A DNA stretch of 61,218 nt from Myxococcota bacterium (GCA_044344255.1 JBIJDH010000032.1:1-61218), one strand, 5' to 3'. Counted from the stretch's first letter, positions 28,350 to 40,109 are shown. Notes: generated by a model from the sequence alone, not told the origin. Numbers and translations are program-made.

Positions 28350-28515
28350 GCCACACTCTCTTGATGTCAACTCTCTGGAGTTGAGCCTGTGTCGACCGAC
28401 GAGGCCCGTAGGGCCCGCCGCTCCCTGCACGCTTCACCGAGACCTTACACGGGGGCGGCGCCCGAACGCAACGGGCGCCGCGCCACCTCCTCGGCGGCCC
28501 CCTCAACCGACCCGC

Positions 28516-30231
<1,716 letters not shown>

Positions 30232-30345
30232 CGGGTGGACTCCATCGGAAGTTCAGAACAGGAGGGCGCACATCCTACCCGAGCGAGGGGCCGGGAGGGG
30301 GAGCGGAGGGCAGGGAGCGAGCGCCCCCCGAGCCCGGCGCGAAGC

Positions 30346-31488
30346 CTACAGGTCTTCCATCTTGGCGATGATCTCGCGCATGACCTCACTCGTGCCGCCG
30401 CCGATCGTGATCAGCCGCGTGTCGCGGAAGGCGCGGCAGATGTCGTACTCCTCGACGTAACCGTAGCCGCCGTGGAACTGCAGGCAGTCATAGGCCACCT
30501 TCTGCGCGAGCTCCCCGCAGAAGAGCTTGGCCATCGAGACCTCTCGGGTGGGGTTCTCGCCGTCGACCATCTTCTGCACGGCGCCGTAGGTGAGGGCCCG
30601 CCCCGCCTCGATGCTGGCCATGTGCTCGGCGAACTTGTGGCGCCACCATTGGTACTTGATGATCGGCCGCCCGAAGGCGCTGCGCTCGCGCCCGTAAGCG
30701 ACGGCGTCGTCCACCTGCTTGCGGGAGCCGGCGTACGCCATCACGGCCGCCGCCACGCGCTCCCCCTGGAAGTTGTTCATCAAGTAGTAGAAGCCCATGT
30801 CCTCCTCGCCGAGGAGGTAGCGCTGGGGGATCCTGCAGTCTTCGAAGGCGATCTCGCAGGAGTCCACTGCGCGGGTGCCGAGCTTGTCGAGCTTGCGACC
30901 GACCGAGAAGCCCTTGGTGTCGGTGGGGAGCAGCACGATCGAGATGCCACCGAAGCCCTCCCCGCCCGTGCGCACGACGAGGGTGATGAAGTCTGCGAAG
31001 CTGCCGTTGGTGATGTAGGTCTTGGCGCCGTTGATGACGTAGTCGCCGCCGTCCTTGCGGGCGGTTGTGCGGATGCTGGCCACGTCCGAGCCGGCCCCGG
31101 GCTCGGTGACGCCGAGGGCGCCGATCTTGTCGCCGGCGATCAAGGGCGCCAGGAACTCACGCTTCTGCTCTTCGTTGCCCACCTCGGCGATGACCGGGCT
31201 GCACATGTCGGAGTCGACCAGCAGGCTCATCATCACGCCGCCGGAGCGGGCGTGCACGAGCTCCTCCATGTAGGCGAGGCTGTACCACCAGTCGAGGCCG
31301 AGGCCGCCGTGCTCCTCGGGGAAGCGGATCCCCAGCAGCCCGAGGTTGGCCATCTTCTTAAAGACCTCACGCGGGAAGCCGCCCGCCTTGTCCCACTCGA
31401 GGGCATGGGGGGCGAGCTCCGTCTCGCAGAAGTCGCGCACGGTCTTGCGGAGCTGGGCGTGAGAGTCGTTCCACGGGGGGAAGGGCAT
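30346..31488 (-). CDS. Acyl-CoA dehydrogenase
   Basis: [40 protein letters not shown]. Confidence 0.95.
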   Translation of the reverse strand: MPFPPWNDSHAQLRKTVRDFCETELAPHALEWDKAGGFPREVFKKMANLGLLGIRFPEEHGGLGLDWWYSLAYMEELVHARSGGVMMSLLVDSDMCSPVIAEVGNEEQKREFLAPLIAGDKIGALGVTEPGAGSDVASIRTTARKDGGDYVINGAKTYITNGSFADFITLVVRTGGEGFGGISIVLLPTDTKGFSVGRKLDKLGTRAVDSCEIAFEDCRIPQRYLLGEEDMGFYYLMNNFQGERVAAAVMAYAGSRKQVDDAVAYGRERSAFGRPIIKYQWWRHKFAEHMASIEAGRALTYGAVQKMVDGENPTREVSMAKLFCGELAQKVAYDCLQFHGGYGYVEEYDICRAFRDTRLITIGGGTSEVMREIIAKMEDL

Positions 31489-31534
31489 CGGTCCTCCGAA
31501 GCGGGGCGCGATATCTATCTCGCGCAACCTGGAG

Positions 31535-31966
31535 ATGAGCTTGGATCCGCAGCCCCCTGTCACTCCCCTCGCCCCCGCCACCCCCTCCCCCGATCACCGC
31601 TGCCTGTACGGGCACCGCGTCCCCGCGCGCCTCGCGTTCGCCATTCAAAGCCGCCAATGCCCTGTCTGCGGGGCGCCCTCCATCTCGATCTCGGGCTACC
31701 AGGCCGCACGACGACTCGCCGAAGAGCTCCAGATCGACGCCCTGGTCGCCTTCAACAGCGTCCGCCTGCTCGAGCAGAGCTACCGCCTCGTCCCCATCGA
31801 GGCCCCCGTGGCCGCCCCTCCTACGGGGGCACCGAGCCCCGTGGTGGCGGAGATCGAGGTCTCCGAAGACGACTTCGACCTCGGCGAGCCGACCCCTGCC
31901 GACGCGCCCACCCTCCGGGGCGCCCCGTCGGCCGCAGACACGATCCCCTCTACCTTCGGCGCCTGA
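31535..31966 (+). CDS. Small hypothetical protein with zinc-ribbon-like motif and acidic tail
   Basis: CLYGH...CPVCG; GGAG RBS upstream of ATG. Confidence 0.6.
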   Translation: MSLDPQPPVTPLAPATPSPDHRCLYGHRVPARLAFAIQSRQCPVCGAPSISISGYQAARRLAEELQIDALVAFNSVRLLEQSYRLVPIEAPVAAPPTGAPSPVVAEIEVSEDDFDLGEPTPADAPTLRGAPSAADTIPSTFGA

Positions 31967-31999
31967 GCGATCGCGTGGACGATCGAGGCCCCGCCCGCC

Positions 32000-33550
32000 T
32001 CAGGCGAGCAGCGCCTCGATCCAGCCCTCCGCCGCCGCGCCGCTGTCCACCGCTGTAAGCGCGTGGGCCGCCGCGGCCTCCCCCCAGCGGGCGTGGACGC
32101 GAGCGACGGTGTCCTCCCACGGCCAGCCCGGGCTGCCCTCGGGGATCGTGCGCCGCTCCGGCCAAGTGCCGCCGCGGGTGGTGTGGACCTTGACCTCCGC
32201 GTCGAGGCGGAGCTGCCACTCGTCGAGGCGGGCGTCCGCGAGATCGGGGCTGGCTCGCTGGATACGCTCGAGCAGGTGCCGCGGCCGGGCCTTCACGACG
32301 GCGAGGAGGTCAGCGGCGCCTGGAGTGGGGAGCCCGCCGCCGTAGACGCCTTGGGCGCGCATCCCCACCTTTTGGAGGTCGGAGAGGTTGAGGCCGGCGA
32401 AGAGCGGGGCGGCGACATCGACCATGTGCTCGACCAGGGCGAGGGTGCGCCCCCAGTCGTGTCGGACCTCGACCTTGCCCACCACGGCGGTGACCTTCTC
32501 CTCGTTGGCCGCGAGCCACTCGGCGGAGAGCTGGTCGGGGCCGAGCTCGTAGGCGACGCTCTGCACCGCGATGAGGCGGCGGGTGGAGCAGGCCACCGTG
32601 GCCGGATCGAGGCCGCTGCGGCCGGACATGAGGCGGTCGAGCGCGAAGCCGGGCGCCCCCACAGAGACCTCGATCCGATCGATCTGGTCGTGCCGCAGCC
32701 GCTTCTCGGCGGCCTTCACGTGCCGCTTCAACACCTCGGCCACCGCCTGGACGGGCACCTGGGTGTACGGATGGCCCGGGCTCAGCGAGAAGCTGAGGGT
32801 GTTGGTCAGCCAGGTCTGGCCGAGGCCCGTGAAGGCCGCGCGCAGCGGGACCCAAGACAGCGCCTCGAAGAGGCCGTCGCTGCGATCGAGGAGATCCGTC
32901 GGGCCGGTGACCCCGGCCATCGCCAGCTCGAGGGCCTCGAGCCCCGCCATGATCGGCGCGAGGGAGGTCATCACCCGCGCGTCTCCACCGAGCTGGACCG
33001 CCATCGGCACGCGCTGGGGCGCCGCGAGGGCGAGGGCGAGGGCGTGGGCCAGCCGATCGGCGTCCAGGCCCTCGAGCAGCCCCGCCGCGACCACCGCCGC
33101 CGCCGCCTGGGCGGGCGCGCAGCCGGCGCCCGTGGCCGGCCCGAAGAGCAGGCTGGCGCCGATGCGCCCTGCGATCTCGTTGGCGGCCACCGTGGCGGAG
33201 AGCACCTCCCCAACGCTGTGACCACGCCCCCAGGCCCAGGCGGCGCTCACGGCGCCCGGGCCGGGGTGGGCCAGGAAGAGGGTGTCCTCCATGCCGAGCC
33301 AGCCGACGAGGCCGGCGTGCAGGCGGGCCGCGTCTCGCCGCGGGGCGGTGCCGCCGGTGACGACCGTGGCGGCGCCTCGCTGGCCGCCCACCTTCCGGAG
33401 GGCGCGCGCCATGGGCCGGCCCTTCAAGGCCCGAACGGTGGCGGCGGCGCTCAAGTGTTGGAGCCGAGCCCGCTCGAGGACCGCGGGGGGCAGAGCCTCC
33501 GCGTGGAGTTCACGGGCCCAGTCGGCGAGGCGGTGCAGGGTGTTGGCCAT
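32000..33550 (-). CDS. MmgE/PrpD family protein (divergent)
   Basis: LADWA...LPPAVLERAR, EDT...HP, NEIAGRIG, LAHALALA, GVTGPTDLL, IDRIEV, IPEGSP; TGATG overlap with the upstream gene. Confidence 0.8.
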   Translation of the reverse strand: MANTLHRLADWARELHAEALPPAVLERARLQHLSAAATVRALKGRPMARALRKVGGQRGAATVVTGGTAPRRDAARLHAGLVGWLGMEDTLFLAHPGPGAVSAAWAWGRGHSVGEVLSATVAANEIAGRIGASLLFGPATGAGCAPAQAAAAVVAAGLLEGLDADRLAHALALALAAPQRVPMAVQLGGDARVMTSLAPIMAGLEALELAMAGVTGPTDLLDRSDGLFEALSWVPLRAAFTGLGQTWLTNTLSFSLSPGHPYTQVPVQAVAEVLKRHVKAAEKRLRHDQIDRIEVSVGAPGFALDRLMSGRSGLDPATVACSTRRLIAVQSVAYELGPDQLSAEWLAANEEKVTAVVGKVEVRHDWGRTLALVEHMVDVAAPLFAGLNLSDLQKVGMRAQGVYGGGLPTPGAADLLAVVKARPRHLLERIQRASPDLADARLDEWQLRLDAEVKVHTTRGGTWPERRTIPEGSPGWPWEDTVARVHARWGEAAAAHALTAVDSGAAAEGWIEALLA

Positions 33551-35118
33551 CAGTATTCGAAGCTCCATTGGAGTCCGGCGGCCCAGAGGTGCCCGCCGAT
33601 GGGGATCGCGGCCCCGTCCACCGGCGCGCCAGCCCGGTCCGGGTCGCCCCCCGGCTGGAGGTCGCCGCTCGCGATCTTCTGGTACTCGAAGAAGGTGTCC
33701 CAGGCGACCCGCCCCTCGGTGATCGCGAAGGGATCTTCGTGGCTGACGCCGATCCCCACCGTGCCGATCAAGCGGTCAGCGTCCAGGAAGGCCGTCCCGC
33801 TGCCCTGAGAGACGAGGGGGGTGGGCTCGAAGCCACCGCCGGCCCGCCCGGTGAAAGCGAGCTCCCCGAAGCGGGCGCCCACCTCGCGGCGGGAGAGCTC
33901 GACCTCACCGCCGGCCCGGGTCGACCAGGTCGGCTGCAGGCGGATCGCGTAGGGGTTCCCGTCGTGAATGGTGGGGTCCGAGAGCGTGATGATCTGGCTC
34001 TGGACCTCGGAGTTCACCACCGTGGCCACGTTGAGCCGCATCCGATCCCAGCCGGTCCGGCGCACGTCGACATAGGCCCGCCAGGCGGGGGCCTCCCAGG
34101 CGACACCCCCCGTCCACTGCTCCGGGAGGTAGTGGTCGAAGACGTCGAGGCCGATCGGCGCGACCAGGGTGTAGACGAGGGGGTCGAGGTCCCCCACCTC
34201 TTCGGCCCGGAAGTTGCCCTGCAGCTCGACGTCGACCTCGACGGGGAGGCCGACGGCGCCGCGGTAGGTGAGGCCCATCTGCAGCCCGTCGAGGGCCGGG
34301 AGGAGCTCGCCCACATCCCACTGGACGCCCGCCAGCGGGGCGAGCGCGGGCGAGACGTCGAGCTCCATCTCGTGGGGATCCAGGGTGATGGGCCCGACGA
34401 GCTCGCCGAGGGTCTCGTCGTCGTCCGCCGCGCCGTGCACCGGCACGTCCATCGTCAGCCGCAAGGTGTACCGGGAGCGCGCGATCATCTCGACCGCGCC
34501 GCCCACCCGCACACCCCGAAATTGCTCCCAGCCGAAGCCCAGGGCCAGCTCAAAGCGCTGGGCGCTGTTCTCGAGCATGAACCAGCTCGGCAGCGCGGGC
34601 TCGAAGGTGTGGATGCGGAGGAGGGAGCGCGACGGGGCGAAGGCCGCGAGCGCGATGCCAAAGCGCTCGCGGATGGGCTTTCCGATGGCGACGGAGAAGC
34701 CGTCCGCTGGCTGGGGGTTCGGATCGAGCTGAAGCGGCTCGTCGGTGTCGTCGACCACGCCGTCCTGGTTCGTGTCCCATCGGACCGCAGGCAGCGCGGC
34801 GAGGCGCATCCGCAGCAGCGAGTAGCCGACCATCGCCTTGGGCTCGGGCATCCGAACGAGGGCGGCCGGGTTGAGGAACACACCAGCGGGATCGTCTACG
34901 ATCGCGACGCCACCACCCCCACGCCCGATCGCAGGGGCGCCGAAGCCGTAGAGGTCATTCGGCCCCGCCTGCGCCACCGAGGTCAGCGTGAGGCCCGCCA
35001 ACGGGAGCATGGCGAGCGCGAGCCGCCGACGCGGCGCGCCCTCGAGCGGAGCACGACCTCGAGTCGGAGCGCCGATTGTGGCCAGGGCGCGGTGGGAGGG
35101 CTTCAGGATGAGGCACAT
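33550..35118 (-). CDS. FadL/OmpP1-type outer membrane transporter
   Basis: YGFGAPAIGRGG, FLNPAAL hatch motif, amphipathic beta strands, terminal aromatic residue; real start may be ATG 35010. Confidence 0.8.
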   Translation of the reverse strand: MCLILKPSHRALATIGAPTRGRAPLEGAPRRRLALAMLPLAGLTLTSVAQAGPNDLYGFGAPAIGRGGGGVAIVDDPAGVFLNPAALVRMPEPKAMVGYSLLRMRLAALPAVRWDTNQDGVVDDTDEPLQLDPNPQPADGFSVAIGKPIRERFGIALAAFAPSRSLLRIHTFEPALPSWFMLENSAQRFELALGFGWEQFRGVRVGGAVEMIARSRYTLRLTMDVPVHGAADDDETLGELVGPITLDPHEMELDVSPALAPLAGVQWDVGELLPALDGLQMGLTYRGAVGLPVEVDVELQGNFRAEEVGDLDPLVYTLVAPIGLDVFDHYLPEQWTGGVAWEAPAWRAYVDVRRTGWDRMRLNVATVVNSEVQSQIITLSDPTIHDGNPYAIRLQPTWSTRAGGEVELSRREVGARFGELAFTGRAGGGFEPTPLVSQGSGTAFLDADRLIGTVGIGVSHEDPFAITEGRVAWDTFFEYQKIASGDLQPGGDPDRAGAPVDGAAIPIGGHLWAAGLQWSFEY

Positions 35119-35128
35119 CCAGCGGCGA

Positions 35129-35887
35129 TCAGGCGTAGCCGATCTCGGGGATCGGGATGAGCGCCTGACCGCTCACGATCTCGACCAGCTTCGACACCGG
35201 CTCGCCCGGCAGGGCCTCGCGGATGCAGGCGAAGCGCCCGGAGAGGTAGGCGGTGGCGACGCCCGAGCCCTTGAAGGCACCGCGCTTCCCTTCCACCAGC
35301 TCGTAACCATGGGTGAGGAACTTACCGGTGAGGTTCCCCCACTCCGAGCGGGGGAACCGATGCGCAGGAAAATAAAAGACCTTCTCGAGCGGACAGTCGG
35401 GGTGGGTGGCCACGCCGACGGTGTCCGGGAGGTCGGCGGGGTAGGCTCGCTCGCCCTTCGGGTGCGCGGCGGCCAGCACGACGGAGCCAGCCTCCACGGC
35501 GAGCGCCGCGGCTTCGCGGAGGAGCAGCGCCTTGCCCATGTTGGGCGTGCCCAGAGAGAGGTTGATGACGCCGGCGCCGTGGCGGAAGGAGGTCTCGATG
35601 CCGGCGGCCATGAGGTCTGCGCTGGTGCGCAGGCGCTCGTCCATGATCTTGACGGCGACGATGTTGACCTCGGGGGCGAGCGCGACGACGGCCGCCGCGA
35701 TGTCCGTACCGTGGCCGTTGTCATCCCTGAACTTCGAGCCGAGCGTGGCGTGACCGGTCGCATTGAACTGGATGTTCCAACCCTCAACCTTGACGCCACG
35801 GAGCCGTGGATCGTCCGGATTGACTCCGCTGTCGAGGATGGCGACGGTGACGCCCTTACCCGTGTACTCACTGCCCCGGAACCGCAT
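35129..35887 (-). CDS. Short cytoplasmic S8 subtilase-like protein, catalytic Ser region altered
   Basis: GKGVTVAILDSG, NGHGT, VINLSLG, YPA; GSGVAT in place of GTSxAT. Confidence 0.8.
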   Translation of the reverse strand: MRFRGSEYTGKGVTVAILDSGVNPDDPRLRGVKVEGWNIQFNATGHATLGSKFRDDNGHGTDIAAAVVALAPEVNIVAVKIMDERLRTSADLMAAGIETSFRHGAGVINLSLGTPNMGKALLLREAAALAVEAGSVVLAAAHPKGERAYPADLPDTVGVATHPDCPLEKVFYFPAHRFPRSEWGNLTGKFLTHGYELVEGKRGAFKGSGVATAYLSGRFACIREALPGEPVSKLVEIVSGQALIPIPEIGYA

Positions 35888-36100
35888 TCTTGGCCAACCT
35901 TCTGTCGGTGGCAGATAAGCGCCCGTCGGCCATCTTGCAAGCGGGGTGTCAGGATACGCCCGATCCCGACAGTCCCCGCGCCGGGGCGCGCGCTCCGCCC
36001 CTCGGCCAGCCAGCGCCCCCGACCGCGGTTACCCTCGACCGGACGGGGGCGGCTCGTACGGAGCGCTCCTCCACCTCCCCTCTCCCCGACGAGCGCGCCG

Positions 36101-37144
36101 TTGACGTCCCCCTCCTCTCCGCCATCGCCCCCCCTGGGGGCTGGTTCGAGCGCAGACCGCCTAAACGCGGCGCCCACGGGGGACGCACGCGCGGCGCTGC
36201 CCGCCATCGCCGACGGCCTCGTTCGGCGGGGCCGAACGGTCGAGCTCCACGGGACGGTGGTTCACCCCAGCAATGGCTCCGCCCTCCTCGGCTATGGCGC
36301 CCTGCTCGGGGTCATTGCCCTCCTCGGCCTCTGGAGCCCGCTCGGCGCCCTCGCCCTCAGCCTGGCCGGCCTCTTCGCCGGTCTGGTCGACCTGGACAGC
36401 GGGCGGAGCTGGCTGCGGAGCCTCGTGCCCCGGCGGATCAGCCGCACGGTGGTCTGTTGGGGTGGCGACCCTGCGGGGAGCCGAACCCTGCTCATCGCCC
36501 TCCCCGCCAACGCCGAGGCGCGCGGGCTCGCCCTCTCACCCTTGCTGCCGATCGCGGGGGGGCTGGTGGTCTTCATCGGCCTCATCACGCGGCTGTTCGA
36601 ACCAGAGGCCTCGCTCCCCTTCCTGGGCGTCGCGGGCGGCTTGGCGCTGCTCACCTCGCTCGTAGGGGCCCTCCGCGACGCCCGCGGGCGGGTCGAAGAC
36701 GGCGTCGCCGCCGCCCGCCTCACCGACGAGCTGCTGCGAAACCTCGATGAGCAGCCGGTCCCCGGCCTCAAGATCTGTGTGGGCATCTTCGGCGGCCTCT
36801 CCACCTTCGCCGACGGCCTGGAGACCCTGCTCCTCAATCACCGCGGCCGCCTCGATCCCACGGTCACGCGCGTCCTCGTCTGGTCACCCGCCGCCGGAGA
36901 GCTCCGCGCCCTCGATCCCGAGGGTCGAGTGCAGCGACGGGCCGCCGACCCCCTGCTCCGCGGGCTCAGCCAGGCCGCCGGGCTCCCCTTCGCCGCCGGC
37001 ACCTCGGCGGCTCGCCGCGCCCAGGGCCTCGGGTGGCCAGCCATCGGCTGGCGCGGCCCGGCCGATGCCCTCACCGAGCCGCTCCTGGCCCTCCTGCGCG
37101 GCGCGGCGCCACCCTCGACTCCCTCGACGAAGGACGGCCCATGA
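36101..37144 (+). CDS. Hypothetical membrane protein resembling a degenerate M28 peptidase
   Basis: Two TM hairpins within an alpha/beta pattern (PRRISRTVV, RTLLIAL, DGVAAA); stop overlaps the next ATG; start uncertain. Confidence 0.55.
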   Translation: MTSPSSPPSPPLGAGSSADRLNAAPTGDARAALPAIADGLVRRGRTVELHGTVVHPSNGSALLGYGALLGVIALLGLWSPLGALALSLAGLFAGLVDLDSGRSWLRSLVPRRISRTVVCWGGDPAGSRTLLIALPANAEARGLALSPLLPIAGGLVVFIGLITRLFEPEASLPFLGVAGGLALLTSLVGALRDARGRVEDGVAAARLTDELLRNLDEQPVPGLKICVGIFGGLSTFADGLETLLLNHRGRLDPTVTRVLVWSPAAGELRALDPEGRVQRRAADPLLRGLSQAAGLPFAAGTSAARRAQGLGWPAIGWRGPADALTEPLLALLRGAAPPSTPSTKDGP

Positions 37145-38919
37145 ACCTGCTGCTGTTCGCCCCGTCCGTCTTCGCCGCCACCCTCTCGGGCACGGTCCGG
37201 GACGCCGACGGCGCGCCGCTCGCCCGGGCCACCGTGCAGGTGTGGAACCAGGCGCTCGACTCTCAGCAGATCACCGCCGAGTCGGACGGCAGCTTCACGA
37301 TCGCCGATCTCCCTCCCGCGATCTACCGCCTCCGCGCCACCCCCGCCCGCACCGACAACCGCGCCCCGCGCTTCCTACCGGACGAGCGCGACTTCTGCTC
37401 GAGCGTCGCCGTCACCCTCACCGATGAGTCGGCGACCGAGCTCGGGCTCGACTTCACGCTGCCGGAGGGGGCCACGGTCTCCGGCCGCCTCCTCGATCCC
37501 GACGGGGCGCCCGTCGAGGGCCTGACGGTGTGGATCATCGGCGCCGAGGAAGAGAACTCGGGCTGGGGGCGACCCGCGCTCAGCGACGCTGCCGGGGAGT
37601 TCGTCGCCGTCGGCCTCGACGCGCCCGCCTCCGGCCCCGGCCTCTGGGCCGTCGGGGTGGTGGGGGAGGGCTGGCCCACCCAATATGGCTTCGGCACCTA
37701 CGACACAGACCTCGCCGAGCGCTTCGAGATCCCCGCCCTCTCGGACCAGGACCTCGGCGACTGGGAGCTGCTCCCCGGCATCGTCGTGCGCGGCATCGCC
37801 ACCGGGCCCGACGGCCCCCTCGCCGACGCCGACGTCCACGTCTATGCCAACAGCCAGATCCGCACCGTCCAGACCGAGGCGGACGGCTCCTTCGAGGCCG
37901 ACGGCCTGCCCGCGGGCGACGTGCTGCCGTGGGTGAGCGCGGAGGGCCACGGCCTCACCTACTTCCCGAACGTCGATCGACCGACCAGCTTCCTCCCCGA
38001 CCCCGGAGAGGGCAACACCCTCGAGGGCGCCGATCTGGTGGCCCCCTTCGAGGCCACCCTCCCCCTGCGGGTGGTCGACGCCGCCACGGGCCTCCCGCTG
38101 GCAGAGGTGCAGGTCCTCCTCTACAACGACACCCACACGGTCGGTCGCGGCGACCGCACCGACGCCGATGGCCGCGTCACGATCGACCAGCTCTTCGGGG
38201 GCGAGTACGAGCTCTACGTTTGGGCCTCCGACTCCGGCCACGCCGACGACTGGGTGCGCGACGCCGACGGCGAGCCCGCTCGCTTCGTGGTCGCGGGCGA
38301 GCAAGCCAACGAGGAGGTCGAGGTGGCGCTCGTGCCGGCCGCCAGCCTCCACGGCACCGTCACCGACGACGCCGGGCTCCCCATCGAGGGGGCCTCGATC
38401 ACGGCCTCTCTCCCTGATGGGGCCGGCATCCTGGCCCAGACCGACGCCGCCGGCGAGTGGGCGCTCACCGGCCTCGCCCCGGGAGAGTGGTCGATCCACG
38501 CCGGTTATGCGTCCTACTGCCCGGGAGACCCTGGGTACGTCACCGTCTACTGGGAGGACGAGGTCGATCCCGGGGTTGACGACACCCTCACCATCGAGGA
38601 CGACAGCGCCATGCGCGACATCGCCTTCGTGCTGCCCGTCGACATTGACCACGACGGCATGTCCGACCGTTGGGAGGAGGCGGTCGGCCTCGACCCCAGC
38701 CGCGACGACGCCCTCGAAGATCCCGACGAGGACGGCGCGCTGAACCTCCAGGAGTACTGGGCCGGCACCGACCCCTTCGATCCGCCCGTCACCCCCCGCG
38801 AGGGCTGCGGATGTGGGGACAAGGGTGACGAGCGCGCCGCCGCCGGTCTCCTCCTCCCGCTCCTCTATTTCGGCCGCCGACGTCGCCCGGCGCGCGAGAC
38901 GCCCCCGGCCCGGCGGTGA
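37141..38919 (+). CDS. Surface protein with carboxypeptidase-regulatory-like repeats and a MYXO-CTERM-like tail
   Basis: Signal peptide, repeated SGTVRDADGAPL-type beta domains, DIDHDGMSD calcium-like loops, GCGCG...LLLPLLYFGRRRR. Confidence 0.82.
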   Translation: MNLLLFAPSVFAATLSGTVRDADGAPLARATVQVWNQALDSQQITAESDGSFTIADLPPAIYRLRATPARTDNRAPRFLPDERDFCSSVAVTLTDESATELGLDFTLPEGATVSGRLLDPDGAPVEGLTVWIIGAEEENSGWGRPALSDAAGEFVAVGLDAPASGPGLWAVGVVGEGWPTQYGFGTYDTDLAERFEIPALSDQDLGDWELLPGIVVRGIATGPDGPLADADVHVYANSQIRTVQTEADGSFEADGLPAGDVLPWVSAEGHGLTYFPNVDRPTSFLPDPGEGNTLEGADLVAPFEATLPLRVVDAATGLPLAEVQVLLYNDTHTVGRGDRTDADGRVTIDQLFGGEYELYVWASDSGHADDWVRDADGEPARFVVAGEQANEEVEVALVPAASLHGTVTDDAGLPIEGASITASLPDGAGILAQTDAAGEWALTGLAPGEWSIHAGYASYCPGDPGYVTVYWEDEVDPGVDDTLTIEDDSAMRDIAFVLPVDIDHDGMSDRWEEAVGLDPSRDDALEDPDEDGALNLQEYWAGTDPFDPPVTPREGCGCGDKGDERAAAGLLLPLLYFGRRRRPARETPPARR

Positions 38920-40109
38920 CCGACCCCTCGCCCCCGAGCGAACCCGCTCCCCCCGCCGACACGGGCTGGGGCCGGGCCTTACGCCGCCGAGCTTGGGGGA
39001 TCGGCGCGGGCCTGCTCTTTGGCGCCTTCGCGCTCAGCCTCGCGCTCTACGGGGTGCCGCTGCGCTCCGTCCAAGACGCCCTCGCCGAGACCGATCCCGT
39101 GTGGCTCCTCCTGCCTGCGCTCCTCTTCCTGCTGCAGCAGGCCGTGCGCGCCTGGCGACAGGCCCTGTTGATCCGGGCGAGCCACCCAGCGCACCGCTTC
39201 CGCGACAGCCTGTCGGTGCTCTGCGTGAGCTTCTTCTTCATCAACACGCTGCCGGCCCGTATGGGTGAGGTGGTGCGCCCGCTGCTGCTCTTGGAGCGGG
39301 AGGACATCCCGCTCGGGCAGGGCTTCGCGGTGGTCTTCGTCGAGCGGGCCATCGATCTCGCCGCGATGATCGGGATGCTCAGCCTCGCGGCCTGGTTCGT
39401 GCCGATGCCCTCCCACCGGCTCGTGGTCGGCGGGGCGGAATTCGATCCGGTGGAGATCGGCCGCCGCCTCGCCGGCGTCACGCTGCCGCTCTTGCTCCTC
39501 GGCCTCCTCGCGCTCGTCCTCGGCGGGGAGCGCCTCCTCGACCGGATCGAGCCAGCCGTCCAGGCGAGGCTGCCCGCCCACCCTCGCCTCGGGCGACTCG
39601 CGGCGGTGCTCTTGGCCTTCTCGCGGCAGTTCGTCAGCGGGATCCGCGCCATCCGCGATCCGAAGCGCCTCGCCGCGGTCCTCGCGCTCACCGTGCTCAC
39701 CTGGACGCTGACCGCCGCGATGTACGGCCCCGCAGCGCGGGCCTTCCACCTCCCCGTCCCCATCGGCATGGGCGAGGGGGTCGCGATCCTCGGCATGACG
39801 ATGGCCGGCATGGCCCTGCCGGCCGCCCCCGGCATGGCCGGAACCTACGAGGCCTTCGTGCGAGCCGCTCTCGCGCTGCTCGGCGTCTCGGGCTCGACGC
39901 CGCTGCACCCCGGCGGGCCTACGCTCGACGCCCTGGCCGTGGCCTACGCCCTCGTGATGCACTGGGGGCTCAACCTCGTGCAGTCGGCCTCAGCCCTCGT
40001 CTTCCTCGTCCTCGACCGAATCTCCGTGCGCCGGCTGGCCCTCGCGCTCGGCCGGAGCCTCGGGGGCCTCCCCGGCGACACGGCGCAGCAGCAGGGCGTG
40101 GCTCGGTAG
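38916..40109 (+). CDS. Lysylphosphatidylglycerol synthase TM-region / flippase-like membrane protein (UPF0104)
   Basis: RAWR, NTLPARMGEVVR, VERAID, PAAPGMAGTYE. Confidence 0.85.
   Translation: MTDPSPPSEPAPPADTGWGRALRRRAWGIGAGLLFGAFALSLALYGVPLRSVQDALAETDPVWLLLPALLFLLQQAVRAWRQALLIRASHPAHRFRDSLSVLCVSFFFINTLPARMGEVVRPLLLLEREDIPLGQGFAVVFVERAIDLAAMIGMLSLAAWFVPMPSHRLVVGGAEFDPVEIGRRLAGVTLPLLLLGLLALVLGGERLLDRIEPAVQARLPAHPRLGRLAAVLLAFSRQFVSGIRAIRDPKRLAAVLALTVLTWTLTAAMYGPAARAFHLPVPIGMGEGVAILGMTMAGMALPAAPGMAGTYEAFVRAALALLGVSGSTPLHPGGPTLDALAVAYALVMHWGLNLVQSASALVFLVLDRISVRRLALALGRSLGGLPGDTAQQQGVAR

Noticed and set aside
34988..36100. N-terminal 370 aa of the 718-aa ORF
   Set aside because: Antisense to the S8-like gene and low complexity; only the part from about 36101 looks coding.
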